The notes under the pieces were generated by a model. It made no database searches and was not told the origin of the DNA. It saw nothing but the letters and a program-made list of their open reading frames with translations. DNA of 64,000 nt. It comes from Curvularia clavata. Taxonomy: Eukaryota. The stretch lies in the NCBI GenBank assembly GCA_023920165.1, contig CP089279.1, positions 372,001-436,000 on the forward strand. The letters are read 5' to 3'. Below are positions 37,074-48,600 of the stretch, one piece after another. The number at the start of each line of letters is the position of its first letter. Position 1 is the first letter of the stretch. The position numbers and the translations under genes are program-made.

Positions 37074-39438
37074 GATGTTGGCCTTGAAAAGGATGGAAAT
37101 GAGGTTTCAAGGGCTTGTTGATTGTTGTCGTATCGACTTCTGTGTTACAGTACACAAAGCAAGAGTCAATGGATTGAGAACGGGATACAGGAAAGGAGGG
37201 GCAGAGAGCACTCGAATAACTGAAATGGAGCACCATCATCCCGCACAGTCACGTCATTTACGCCCACGCTCGCGTAGGAGATATCCAGCTCAAAGTCTCC
37301 AGGGTTCCGCGCTCTATGGCCCGTTTGGGGGTTTGGCGGCACTGATTGGCCCACTTGTTCCCTTTGTGGCCATGTTGTGCGGATTCGGTAGGCCAAAGTG
37401 CCTACTAAATCTGGCTGTACCTTTTTGATAGTGTAAGCACTATCTGTCACGGCAGTCGGCCAATGGTGAAAAGTTACAGGTTAGGTTTGGTGTTGCGATC
37501 ACGCAATCTTGGGGGTGTTGGTTGGCGCGGGGTAAGGTTTGGAGCTGAAGGAGGGGTACTTAGGGTCAAGCTGGAGACGCGCGCAGACTACGACGCGAAA
37601 TGCACGCGAATCATGTCTACGAAGCCAAGGCTAGAGACGTAAATTGATAAAGTAGTTTTCTGAATTTAAACTTTGAAGACACGAGAAGACTAAAGGCAGC
37701 AAGCATGGTCCGCGCGTTACTGGATTGTTGAACAGGCATAAATGAAACACGCAATTCTAGCTGCAGATGCAGGTGTATGTTTTGCTTGGTGCCCCAGTAC
37801 CAGGAACCAGGCCTAGAGAAAGGGTACATTCCTTCGAATCAGACAAGGCCACCAAGATGCTAGCAAGATGTGCATACAAGACGGATTTAGAGCAGTTGGA
37901 CTAACTATGTCCTGACACTAACCCTCTTTTGGGAGTAGGAATGTCGTGAGGGTGTCTACTTGTACTATTGATAGGAGACTTGAACTTAACCAAGCGCCGC
38001 CCTTTGCTCTTATTCCCGCTCGTCTCTGGCTGCAGATCCCGCGGAACAGTAACAGAATGTGCATGGAATGTTATTTGTAGCGTCGAATACGGAGTTGCAG
38101 AAGTATACGCACGTAAGATGTCGACTCATGGGCAGCGCCTACCCATAGATATGTAATGTACATGTAATCATGGGCAGATTTGGAGCACGCAACGAAGAAG
38201 ACTAGTCCTCAGCAGGTAATATTCTGGTCCTCTGTTTCAAGAAAAGTCCAGTTCGCCGTCTATGGGGGAGTAGGTGGGCTCTGTCATGTTTGGTGGGGTG
38301 GTCTGATACAAGCATGCCCCAGAGTAGACGCATGCAAGGCATGAGGGCGAATGTTACACAGAAGGGGATATGGCATGGCAGCGTGCTGCTGGTCATGATC
38401 ATCGTGTAGATCAAGAAGGTGAAACAGGGAAGGACAGTCCAGACTCACAGTGATGACAGAGAGAAGTTGAATAGCATGCCGGAAGTGGACACGGTGGCTG
38501 AGGCTCTCCATGCCGTAGCCAAGGCAGGGAAGATCGGCTGCTGGCAACCGGGAGGCGGATTTGTCAAGGACGCTCGCCCACGCAGACGAATCCAGCGACG
38601 CGTTTGACATGCGGTAGGATTCGGGCAGTGGGCTCGGGGTGTCCCGAATCAATGAAGGGTGAAACGTCCGCTACGAGCAAAATCTACGGCGGTCTTGGCA
38701 GCGTGTATTGGTGTTGGGCTAGGGCGAGAGCAGGCGGGCCGAGAGTCAAGCCACAGGACAACGCCACAGGGTCGTACAGTTGCGGGTTGGAAGAAAAGAA
38801 AAAGAGGCAATAAAACGTCGTCGCCAAGGGCAGAGTGGCACGAGTGGGTTGGGTGAAGAGCAGGAGACTCAAGGCCAGACGGCGGCAGCAGCGTGGTGGA
38901 GCAGAGGTGATCGCCCCGAGGCCTTCGGGAGGGAAAGATTGGGCTTGGTGGCCGTTGAAGGCTCCACGCGGGCGAATCATGGTGGCTGGAGCGGCGGGTA
39001 GCTCGATGCAGGCTTGGCGCAGGGAGCACAGGCCCACGCAGGGATGAGCAGCCACGGTGATCCTGTGCGAGTGGGCCGTTTCTCGTCCTCTGCTGGGTGC
39101 TGGGAAATCCGCCTCGCTGGCCATTGGTTTCCACGACATGCCCACTGTCAGCTCCAGCCTGGAGAACGGTTCCTGCTAAGGCTTACGGGCCCGGCAGAAG
39201 CAAGCAGCGTCAGTCCCAGTACCAGTCGCCGCCCTGCACGCGCACCCCGCCCTAGCCACGCACGACGAGGGCGCGACAAGTGGCCGACATGGCGTGAACA
39301 TGTCGCGTCTTGTGTGCGAGTGTGTCCATGTGTGTGTGCCCTGGTGAGCATCAGGCCATTCGTCCCGTTGTGTGCGCGCTACTCGCCAGCTGGGGTTGCA
39401 CGGCACAGAGCGAGCCTGGGCGGCATCCCGCGGCCCAC

Positions 39439-40324
39439 GGCATGGGCATGGGCATGGGTATGCAGACCCCATACGCCAACCATTGAAAACTGGCCCCCCA
39501 CCTCCCTCAGCCGCCGGAGGGCTTTCCCATCCAGGCTGGGCGCACATGGATAAGGGGGATCGAGGGACTGGTGGCATGGCAGGGCAGTGCATGGCTGACG
39601 ACGGACAAGACAGGCAGACAGACAGGCCGAGCGACCGGCAGGCTGGCAGCACTGGCAGACTGGACGGGCAGGGCAGCGCGCCCATGGCGATGGCAATGGC
39701 AATGGGGCAGACCGGGACGGCCGATTCTGGCGAACCCCAGGGTTGCATGGAACCGTATCATCGGTGGGCGGGCGGGCGACGTACTCTTAGCTTAACTCTG
39801 CGTAGACCCGTGCCAATCTGTTTTGACCCCGGCGTGGTGCTACGAATCAGTGCAGCGACCCTAGTCGACTTGGGCGCTGGTGCGAGCAGGCGAGCGGGCA
39901 GCTGGTGGCGATGAGGCGTGTCGGCGCGAGCGAGGCGGCCGTGGCGGTCGCAGTTGTCTTTGTTGTTATTGTCGTCGTCGTCTTCGTCATGCTGCAAGTG
40001 TCGCGATGAGATGAGATGTGAGATGAGATGGAACGGGCTGGGCTAGCACGTCGTGGATGGATGCAAGCAGGCGGGCGTACGAGGCGTCTGCCATGGCACG
40101 GCGCTGGGCCGCGGACAGTGGTCGGCTGCAGTCTGCCGCTCTCCCCAGTGAGCGGGAGCAGCTTCAAACCAATAGCCTATCCTCTCTTTGTTCGCGCCAG
40201 TTCGGCTAAATCTGTCAGTGCAGATGGTGCAGATGAGCCTGTCCGCCGGGCCAGCCAGCCGTCCTCTCTCATAGTGGCTGCGTGCTCCTCTCAGCCCGCC
40301 CTCGCCCTCGCCCTCGCTCTCGCC
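39439..40324 (+). repeat. Cluster of short microsatellites in the MET17-veA intergenic region
   Basis: (ATGGGC)3 at ~39439-39458, (CAGA/CAGG)n at ~39610-39630, (ATGGCR)n at ~39684-39707, (GATGA)n at 40005-40030, (CTCGCC)n at 40297-40324. Confidence 0.6.
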
Positions 40325-40983
40325 ATTCTTCAGCCCGTCATCGCCTCTGCTCTCTGCGACGCTCCTCGAGGCCTCGATGAATTGCGACTGACACGCCCTC
40401 GACCGCCGACAATCACCTCCACCACCATCACCAGCCTGCTAGTGTCCGTCTGCCCGACTCTCGCGCACCCCAATTACCTGCAGGCCTCGCCGTCGCGTCG
40501 TCGCTTCGGGCCCCTCGCTCCTTGGGAGAACCAACACGACCATCTATCCCAACTCGCCCACGTCTCGGTGCCATCAACTCACCCACAGGTCCCATCCATT
40601 TGCGCATCCGCCTTCGTCCCTCTGCGGACCATCCAACAGGTACGTACATCCGTCTTTGCCAGTCGCCCATTCCAAACCACTAGGTTCGCCCGGTAGCTTG
40701 GGCTCGGGTCAGCCAGCGATGCCCTCACTTGGTCTGCCGCGAACCCCATCAACTTTGCCACATGGCAATTGTCAGAACGCCAGACTGACAAGCCCAGGCC
40801 GTTCCTCGTTCCGTGGTTGACTGCGTTTTTATTTTACTTGTTTCTGTTTGTTTTATTTTTTTTAGTCGACCCAAGGTCCCGTCCGGTGCTTGCCGACGTA
40901 AGTGCACCTCCCCAGCGGGTCGAGCGTGCCTGTCCCTGCCAATACGCCCTGTGCTGACATCGTGCAGACACCCACCCAACATC

Positions 40984-42780
40984 ATGTCCAACATTGTTGT
41001 CAGCAACGAGACTAAGAGCCAGTCCGTCCGCACCACAAAGGATGGCAGGCAGATTCGCTACAATCTGCAGGTGATCCAGCAGCCCGAGCGCGCCCGCGCC
41101 TGCGGCAGCGGTGCAAAGTCGAGTGCAGACAGGCGTCCAGTTGACCCACCCCCGATTGTCGAGCTGCGCGTCTTTGAGAACGACCAGGAAATCACGTTTG
41201 CCTACAATGCAAACTTCTTCCTCCATGCCAGTCTGGAAAATGCTCGCAACATTGCTCCCGGACGCGCTCCCTCGACGGCTGGTCCCAGCTTTCCGGTTCT
41301 CACGGGTACCCCGGTTGCGGGTATGGCCTATCTCGACCGCCCCACGCCTGCCGGCTACTTCATCTTCCCCGATTTGTCTGTCCGTCACGAAGGAAAGTAT
41401 CGTCTGAGCTTTGCTCTTTTCGAGAACCTGGCCGAGGTCAAGGACCTTGACCCCGAGGACCCCGACGTCATCTACGATGGCAACCACTTTGTCACCCACC
41501 GCTGCGAGGTCAAGTCAGCCCCCTTCACCGTCTTCTCAGCCAAGAAGTTCCCTGGATTGTCCGAGAGCACCGCTCTGAGCCGCATGGTCGCCGAGCAGGG
41601 CTGTCGTGTGCGCATCCGCCGTGATGTGAGAATGAGGCGTCGCGAGAACAAGTCGTCCAAGGAGTGGGACGAGTACGACGAGGAAGGAGGAGCCTACGAT
41701 CGTGCCAGAGGCACTGCAACTCCCGACAACTATGGTCAACCACCAAATGCCCCGCTCGACGACCGCCCCCGTTCGTTGTCCAACGCCAGCAACCCTGGCC
41801 TCGCACCACCCCGCCGCCCGAGCATGGAGGACATGGCCCATGGTTACCCATCCAGCAACGGTTATCAGCAGCAAATGCCTCCCCCGCAAACCCCTGCTTA
41901 CCCGCAGATGCCCTCCTATGGCTCCAGCCAGCCTCAGTATTCGCAGCAATATCAGCCCCCGCAGCCTGCCCCAATGGTGCAGCCTCCTCAGCCCTTGCAG
42001 CATTCAACACCTTACTCGCACTCGCAGCACAGCAGCTACAGCAGTCACAGCAGCCAACATCAAGCTCAGCCTCCAGCGCCCATGAGCCAGCAATACGGCT
42101 ACTCTGGCTACCAGCAGCAGCAACACCAGCAGCCCCCGCCGCCGCCATCGCAGTACGACCACGCTGCACCCTCCCGACAAGAACAGATGCCTTCCGACTA
42201 TGCGCACCCTGCCGACTATCGCCGTTCGTCTGTTACCCAATCCCCAGCTCAGCAATACCCTGCTTCTAGCCACCCAGTGCAGCCATACCACTCCATGGAC
42301 CAGTACGGCCGATCGCAGCAAATGAGCCAGCCTCTGCAGCCCCTACACTCTTCGCCTCAATCCTACACGTCCTCGGCACCTACCCACCAGTCGTTGCCGT
42401 CTTTGAGACCCATTGTTGCAGACAAGCTGGATCCCGTCTCTCCTTCGTACCAGTCCCCGCCTAGCGCCTTGTCTGGATCCATGTCGGTCAACTCTGACGG
42501 TTCTAGCCAAAACTACGTTCTGCCCAAATTCAACCCTCAGACACAGGGACTTCCACCTATGTCGGCCTCATCCAACAAGCGCTCCTTCTCCAGCACATTT
42601 GACTCTCGTCACTTGAATGAGCGCATGGTCGCAGGAAGCAGGCCTCAGCCATCTGGTGCTGGATACAGCTACGACCCCGAGTCTCCTGACATGGAAGAGC
42701 CAATGGATAGGGCTGCTATGAGCTACAGGCGTGCCGATGGAACACAACGCCAGCGTCATGTACCCGAACTCGGCGTCTAA
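40984..42780 (+). CDS. veA: Velvet complex regulator VeA (598 aa, no intron apparent in the CDS)
   Basis: YNLQVIQQPERARACGSGAKSSADRRPVDPPPIVEL, GYFIFPDLSVRHEGKYRLSF, VFSAKKFPGL, EQGCRVRIRRDVRMRRR; Pro/Gln-rich middle; C-terminal MSYRRADG typical of VeA. Confidence 0.95.
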   Translation: MSNIVVSNETKSQSVRTTKDGRQIRYNLQVIQQPERARACGSGAKSSADRRPVDPPPIVELRVFENDQEITFAYNANFFLHASLENARNIAPGRAPSTAGPSFPVLTGTPVAGMAYLDRPTPAGYFIFPDLSVRHEGKYRLSFALFENLAEVKDLDPEDPDVIYDGNHFVTHRCEVKSAPFTVFSAKKFPGLSESTALSRMVAEQGCRVRIRRDVRMRRRENKSSKEWDEYDEEGGAYDRARGTATPDNYGQPPNAPLDDRPRSLSNASNPGLAPPRRPSMEDMAHGYPSSNGYQQQMPPPQTPAYPQMPSYGSSQPQYSQQYQPPQPAPMVQPPQPLQHSTPYSHSQHSSYSSHSSQHQAQPPAPMSQQYGYSGYQQQQHQQPPPPPSQYDHAAPSRQEQMPSDYAHPADYRRSSVTQSPAQQYPASSHPVQPYHSMDQYGRSQQMSQPLQPLHSSPQSYTSSAPTHQSLPSLRPIVADKLDPVSPSYQSPPSALSGSMSVNSDGSSQNYVLPKFNPQTQGLPPMSASSNKRSFSSTFDSRHLNERMVAGSRPQPSGAGYSYDPESPDMEEPMDRAAMSYRRADGTQRQRHVPELGV

Positions 42781-43747
42781 ATCCACGTCACGCTGACGGC
42801 CATGCAGCCACTAGGAGAGGGTCGTCAGTCTGCTATTTGATCTGCATCGGTGTTTGTTGTTGGTGTACGGAGTTTTGTGTTATCTGTCACGGATCTGATG
42901 TGCTCCGACCATCTATACCCCTCGAGTACGACAAACGCGCGACTCCTCGCTACGGCGATCTTATTTCTTATCTTTCATTGTTTTCCTATCTTGGTTGTTC
43001 TCTACGCATCTATTTCCATTTCCTATATCTTATAGCCACACGCCAGCCGACAGAGCTGTGCACCACTATTTCCTTGCTGTTTTGTTTCCACATCCTACTA
43101 CATATACTTGCACGCCTACATACTTCCGTATCACCATTACGTGCGGATTCCTATTCCTATTCTTGCTAGTGTTGTCATGTAATTTGTTTATCGCGTGAAT
43201 CACCAGATGGAATACACGTGCTCGCACAGTCAGTCGTACACTCGACTTTTCCCTATCGTAACTGGGTGGAATGGTTTTTTTTGCTCAAATTTCGCAGCTA
43301 TTGTTACAACTCAAGGGCCCGTTTTCCAAATCGCAGGATGGATCAGGAAATTACATGTGAGGTCTCAAGGAAAAAACAGGGAGGCTAGCGTGTCGATTGT
43401 ATAGATTCATAGTTAGCCCAACGCTTTGATCAATGGCACACTGTGCGTTATTTCACATTCGAGTCTTGTAACACCTTGTTGATCCAGCACCATTTTGCTT
43501 ACCTGTATAGCTCTCGTATTGTTAAACATTATACTATCTATCTTCAGGCTGAGCGAATGTGCCAGGCATACTGCAATTCACAAAACATAGAAGAAAACAT
43601 GACAAGGTAGGAAATACAGACTAGGGAATCTATGGTGGGAATACGCGATAGGCAATACAAAATAGGAAGGACAAGTTGGAAAGGACAGACAAGAAAGATC
43701 AACTGGAAAGACAAAAAAGAAAGACATCACAACCCTTCGAACTACCC

Positions 43748-44946
43748 TCATACGTCGCTCTTCAACTCCACGTCACCACCCTTCGTCTGCGTTGTATGCA
43801 CCTCTTGTGCCGCAGCCCCATTACCAGTCCGTCTCTTTCCCAGCAACTTTGCCACATATCCCGTCCTGCCCCAGAGGTGAAACGGATCCAGGACTGCGAT
43901 ACCACAACTTCTCTTATTCCTCTTCTTCTCCAGCCTCAGCGCCTCGAGCTCGGCATCACTCAAATCCCAAAACTGCGTCTTCTTATCCTTGCCCCTCACC
44001 AGACCCCAGACATCAAACGGATCAAACACAGTAACAATCCACGGCCTGTCATCTCCCCAGCCCGGTCCCTTGCGCTCCGTGACGCCGTCTCTCGCCAAAA
44101 AGACGGAATTCGACGGCGGCAGCCGTTTGCCCGGGTGCCAGATATTCAAGATGGCCGAGTTAACAAACATGATGGTAGCCTCGAAGATCCAAAAGTACGT
44201 TTCGTTTTTATATATGTCCGAGTTCCAGCCGGAGAAGTACTCGACGAGACGGTACAAGCAGCGAACCAGCACGATACTCGCGCTCACATACATGACTAGC
44301 AGAACGACGCGCAGATGCGGTTTCAGCACCCCGGCTTTGATTGCGCGCCGGTGGAACTGCAGGGCCAGTAGCCCAAAGGCGGCGAAGAGAATGGCTTGGA
44401 GGATCAAAGAGGTGCTGACGAGTCGCGAGCCTAGTCTACGCTGTGCGTCTGAGGAACTCGTGTCGGCCATGCGCCAGGCGCCTTGTCCGATGAGCACTTC
44501 GCATACGGCGTCGAGACCGATGAAGGTGGTGGCGACGCGGCCTGGGTGGATGGGTGCCAGGTACGGGATATAGTACAGGAGGCGGGAGAGGATGAAGTAG
44601 TTTATCAAGGCGTAGATGGGGGGTCCAGAGAGGATGAGGCATGTTGAGGCGATGAGGTAGCCAAGATTGCTGGTGTGGTAGGCTCCTAGCAGGCGCATAA
44701 CGAAGCCGCTGATCATGAGCAGGGCGGCCCAGGGGAGGAGGAGGGTGGTGCGCCATGATTTGTGTTTTCTGGGGGGTGGTTAGATGGGGTTGTTGTTGGG
44801 AGGGAAGTGGAGTTGGAATGTACGAACATTGTTTGCCAGATGTGGACGACCCCAGAAATGGAGAAGAGAATTATAAAGACGATTGGGGCGGCTTTGTTGG
44901 GTGCATAGTACCATACGCTGCCTGGTGAGTAGGTTCCCGCTCCCAT
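43748..44946 (-). CDS. RTA1-like membrane protein, 2 exons
   Basis: WYYAPNKAAP, HIWQT|intron, GPPIYALINYFILSR, LVRCLYRLVEY, E..FWIFEAT, WHPGKRLP; about 7 TM segments. Confidence 0.88.
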
Positions 44947-45621
44947 GGTGAGGTGAGGGGTTGGAGACGTCTTGCTTCAAGTATTCTGATGAGGAGATGT
45001 AGTATTTAAGAAGCAACGATCAATGAAATGTCATTATCGAGATCGACTGTTAAGTAATATGGTCTTTTTGGGCTAATGGTCAGGGTATGAGATGTATGAG
45101 GCTTTATATTCAGACCTAAAGGGGCGGAGTGCTGCAGCTATTGCCATACAATCGAGTCTGTTGGATGAAGAGATGCAAGGCTTTTCTCCAGAACGCCTGA
45201 GCTGCAACTAATGGCATAATGAGCAATCGGCGAGCGCGGTAAGGCTACTCAGGACTGCAGCCTGACGAAATGCGAAGAATACGATGAGGCATTAAGCCCC
45301 CTGTGAGGCAGGCCACGAGACATCGCTTAGAACGGAGCAAATCAAGCATTGAGACGGGAAAATGTTAACCAATAGTATGTCCAAGATCTACCACTTAGTG
45401 GTTAACCTTTGGTGGCGCAGACAGGGTGACCGGCTGTCTTTACCGGTGGTGATGGCCGCACGTGACTTTGTGGGGCTATGCCAGGAGCTAGAACCGACAC
45501 AAGCTAGCTGGCGGTGCGGTGAGGTATCCAAGTGCAGCCTTCATCTCGACCGGCATCTATATCCGCAAAAATCAACAAGCGTCATTCCGCATAGTAATTC
45601 GTCAATCGTCTCTAGTGTTTC

Positions 45622-48600
45622 ATGAGTGTGGCTGGAAATGATACGCCAGCCCTGGGTGCCGCAGAGGATGCTTCAAGGCAAACCCCAGCCGAGCCTACGG
45701 TGATGGACGGGCTATCCAGCTCAAAAGTGACGGGTGCGCACACACCCTGGTCGCATTCCTCGTAACACCACTTACTCTTTACAGTCGAGTACCACGACCC
45801 CTCTGGGGTGTTTGGATTGATTCAACAAGACTTGGCTGCCCGGCTTCCCCTTCGCAACTTGCATTGGAAAGCCCCAACCCGGCCATTGAGATCGATAGAC
45901 TCGTTGCATGTCGACCTTGTGCCCAGCCCAGAATCAGCTCAAGCTGCGGGTGCGGCGCCATCAACTTCAGCACCTGGACAAGGTATGCCCATGAGGACCG
46001 CTCAAGAGACCTTCAGGGCACCTAACAAAGAAAAAGAGAGACGACATCAGATTCCTGGACTTCGCCAAACTCCCTATCTTAAGATCTATCTGTTGAGATG
46101 CGATGACTCTGATACGTACAAGTCAACAGCACGCAAACAGGTCCGTGAATGGGTCAAAGACCACACACCACCTTCTCAGAGTAGCACGGCAAACACCCAG
46201 GAGAACCATGATGCTTACGAATGGATGATTCTGCACGTCGTGCTGCCGAATACATCTGCAGCGAACCAGCCTCATGGATCTTCAAGTACGGCAACAGGCG
46301 AGAAAGAAAAGTCTGGAGCAGCTTCTAGATGGACTCGCGGGACGACGACACTGCTCGAGAAGTTGCGTGCTGACTTCAATGTCTCGTCCAAGTCAGCCCC
46401 TGACCGGGTCGCTCAGATACGAGTACCCAAAGAGAAAGTCCCTCCGCATATGCTTCCTGCTGCAGCACCAGCCAGTTCTCCAGTAATTAACGAAGGCCCT
46501 CAAGAGCAGGACCGAGCTTGGCAAGATGTCATATCTAGGTTCAAGGTGCTCATACTTCTTTCTTTCGATCTGCGTGTGAGTCAATACGAGGAAGATATCC
46601 GAAAAAACGATGCTCAGCGCTCTTTCCCGGGCTGGAACTTCAATACGTTTTTCATCCTAAAGGAGGGTCTTGCAAGAGGCTTTGAAAGCGTGGGCTTGGT
46701 CGAAGATGCTTTGCTGGTGTACGACGAGCTCTCAATTGGTCTCGACAGCGTGATTCGTGATCAGTCGAGCGAGCAAGCCCAAGGAAGCGTTCTTCTTGAC
46801 TATTCTGACGATCTCTACCAAAAAGCGGCAGAGCTTTCAAAGGAACAGGGCAAAGATGACATTTCCAACTCTGCATCGGCTGTGCACGATGATAGACCGA
46901 TCAACGCCTTGAGAAAGGACTATCGTGGCCTTATTCTCGCTAACAACATTTCAGTCTTTGACTTTAGACTGTACATCTTCGCTCGACAGATGGCCTTGCT
47001 TCTGAGACTCGGCAACTCAATCTCGGCGCGTTCAGATCTTGCACTGACGCTGAAGCCCCGGCCCAATGCTGCCGTTATCCAGCAATCGACTGATGATAGC
47101 GCCATTGGCATGAAGTCGAGTGCTCCAGCTCAGGATTCAGAAGATCTCTTCTCGCTCGCTGACCTTTGCACGCGTGCATTGCACTTCATTACGTTCGCTG
47201 GAAGGCTTTTGCGAGATGATCTGATCAATGGGTAAGTATGCACACTCGATTCCTTGGCTTATGCTAATGCCTGCTTCTAGAGCAAAAGCACACGAGGCAA
47301 CATTTGAGGAGTATTTCGTCGAAAACGTCGTTCGGTCATGGACATTTGCTGCGTTAGAGCAGGTGCTGCGCGAAACGGCTACGGCGTCTCTTCCTTCTGA
47401 TAGGCTCAGTGCAGATAAATCTGCGGGCGCTGCAGGTAAGAGCCGGTCGTTTAGTGGTCGCGGCAAGGAATCAAAGTCGAAAAGCTCTGATCCAAAGCAC
47501 CCCTCTCGGTCATCTTCTCTGAATCGTGGGCGGTCCACGCCCGATACACCGTACGCACAGACAGCACCAGGTGCCCAGGTAGTGTTCGAGAATGGTCAGT
47601 ATCATGACCGCCCGGCCGCTGGACAGCCCAGCACCATTCCTTCCGCCAAGAACGGCTTGCAGGAACTAGCTGGCACACGAGCACAACTTCTCGCGATTCA
47701 AAGAAGGTTGCTCGAGCATGCAGGCAAAAACCTGGGCTGGAACATCGGCTGGAACGCTGTTGTCGCTTCTTTGAACGACAAAGAAGACTTGACAGACGTA
47801 AGCCTGGACGAAGAAGAGGAGGCAGAGCGTGTGGCAGAGCAAGAAGCTTCCAAGACCAAATCAGGTGCTGAGCTTGAAAAGTCGCGCCTGGGTATATCTG
47901 CAGCAGCATTGCTCACGGCAATGTCATCACTCCAGAAATTCAGGCAATTCTACGAGGTATGTAATACGATGCTGTGTTGTCCTCAGCGCTGACCTTAGAT
48001 TAGACCTTGAGTGATCTTATTGTCAAGCATTATATGGCCGCAGGCCAGAATAAGTCAGCTGAGACAGTTCTTGGCGATTTAGCTGCACTTAAGTTGTAAG
48101 TTCACTGCTATATGAACTTATTGATTGCTTGTTCTTACATACCGATAGCGAGCTTGGTGATTTTGCTGCTGCAGCAACATACTTTGGACGCATGGCCTCG
48201 TACTTTGCAGAAAGTAGATGGAACACTGTCGAGGCTACCATGCTCAAGATGCATGCCCGTTGCCTGAAGAAACTCAACCGCAAAGACGAATACGTTCGGA
48301 CCGTGCTAGATCTGCTGGCCAAGTCGGCAGCGAGTCGAATGACGTCCAAGAACTCGTCAAAACGAATCAGTGCAGCAAACCTCACTACTACCTATTCTCA
48401 TGAGTGGCTGAACGATGATAATGTGGATACCATTGATGTATTTCACGAGATTGTTGGCTACTCACAGCAGTTGCCTTATGATGTCACGGTCCAGATGGCC
48501 AAGTACTTTAGCGACATCTCCGTAGAGCCCTATGTGCGACATTACGACGACAAGGATGGTTTTCAACTTCGCCTCCAATTCAAACATCTCCTTGAGGATG

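Noticed and set aside
38200..40800. Many overlapping 70-220 aa ORFs upstream of veA
   Set aside because: GC-rich, low-complexity sequence with few stops; translations are Arg/Pro/Ala-rich with microsatellite-derived dipeptide runs and no family signal.
40813..40983. 57-aa N-terminal extension of VeA in the ORF track
   Set aside because: GTG start inside predicted 5'UTR intron sequence; velvet homology begins after ATG 40984.
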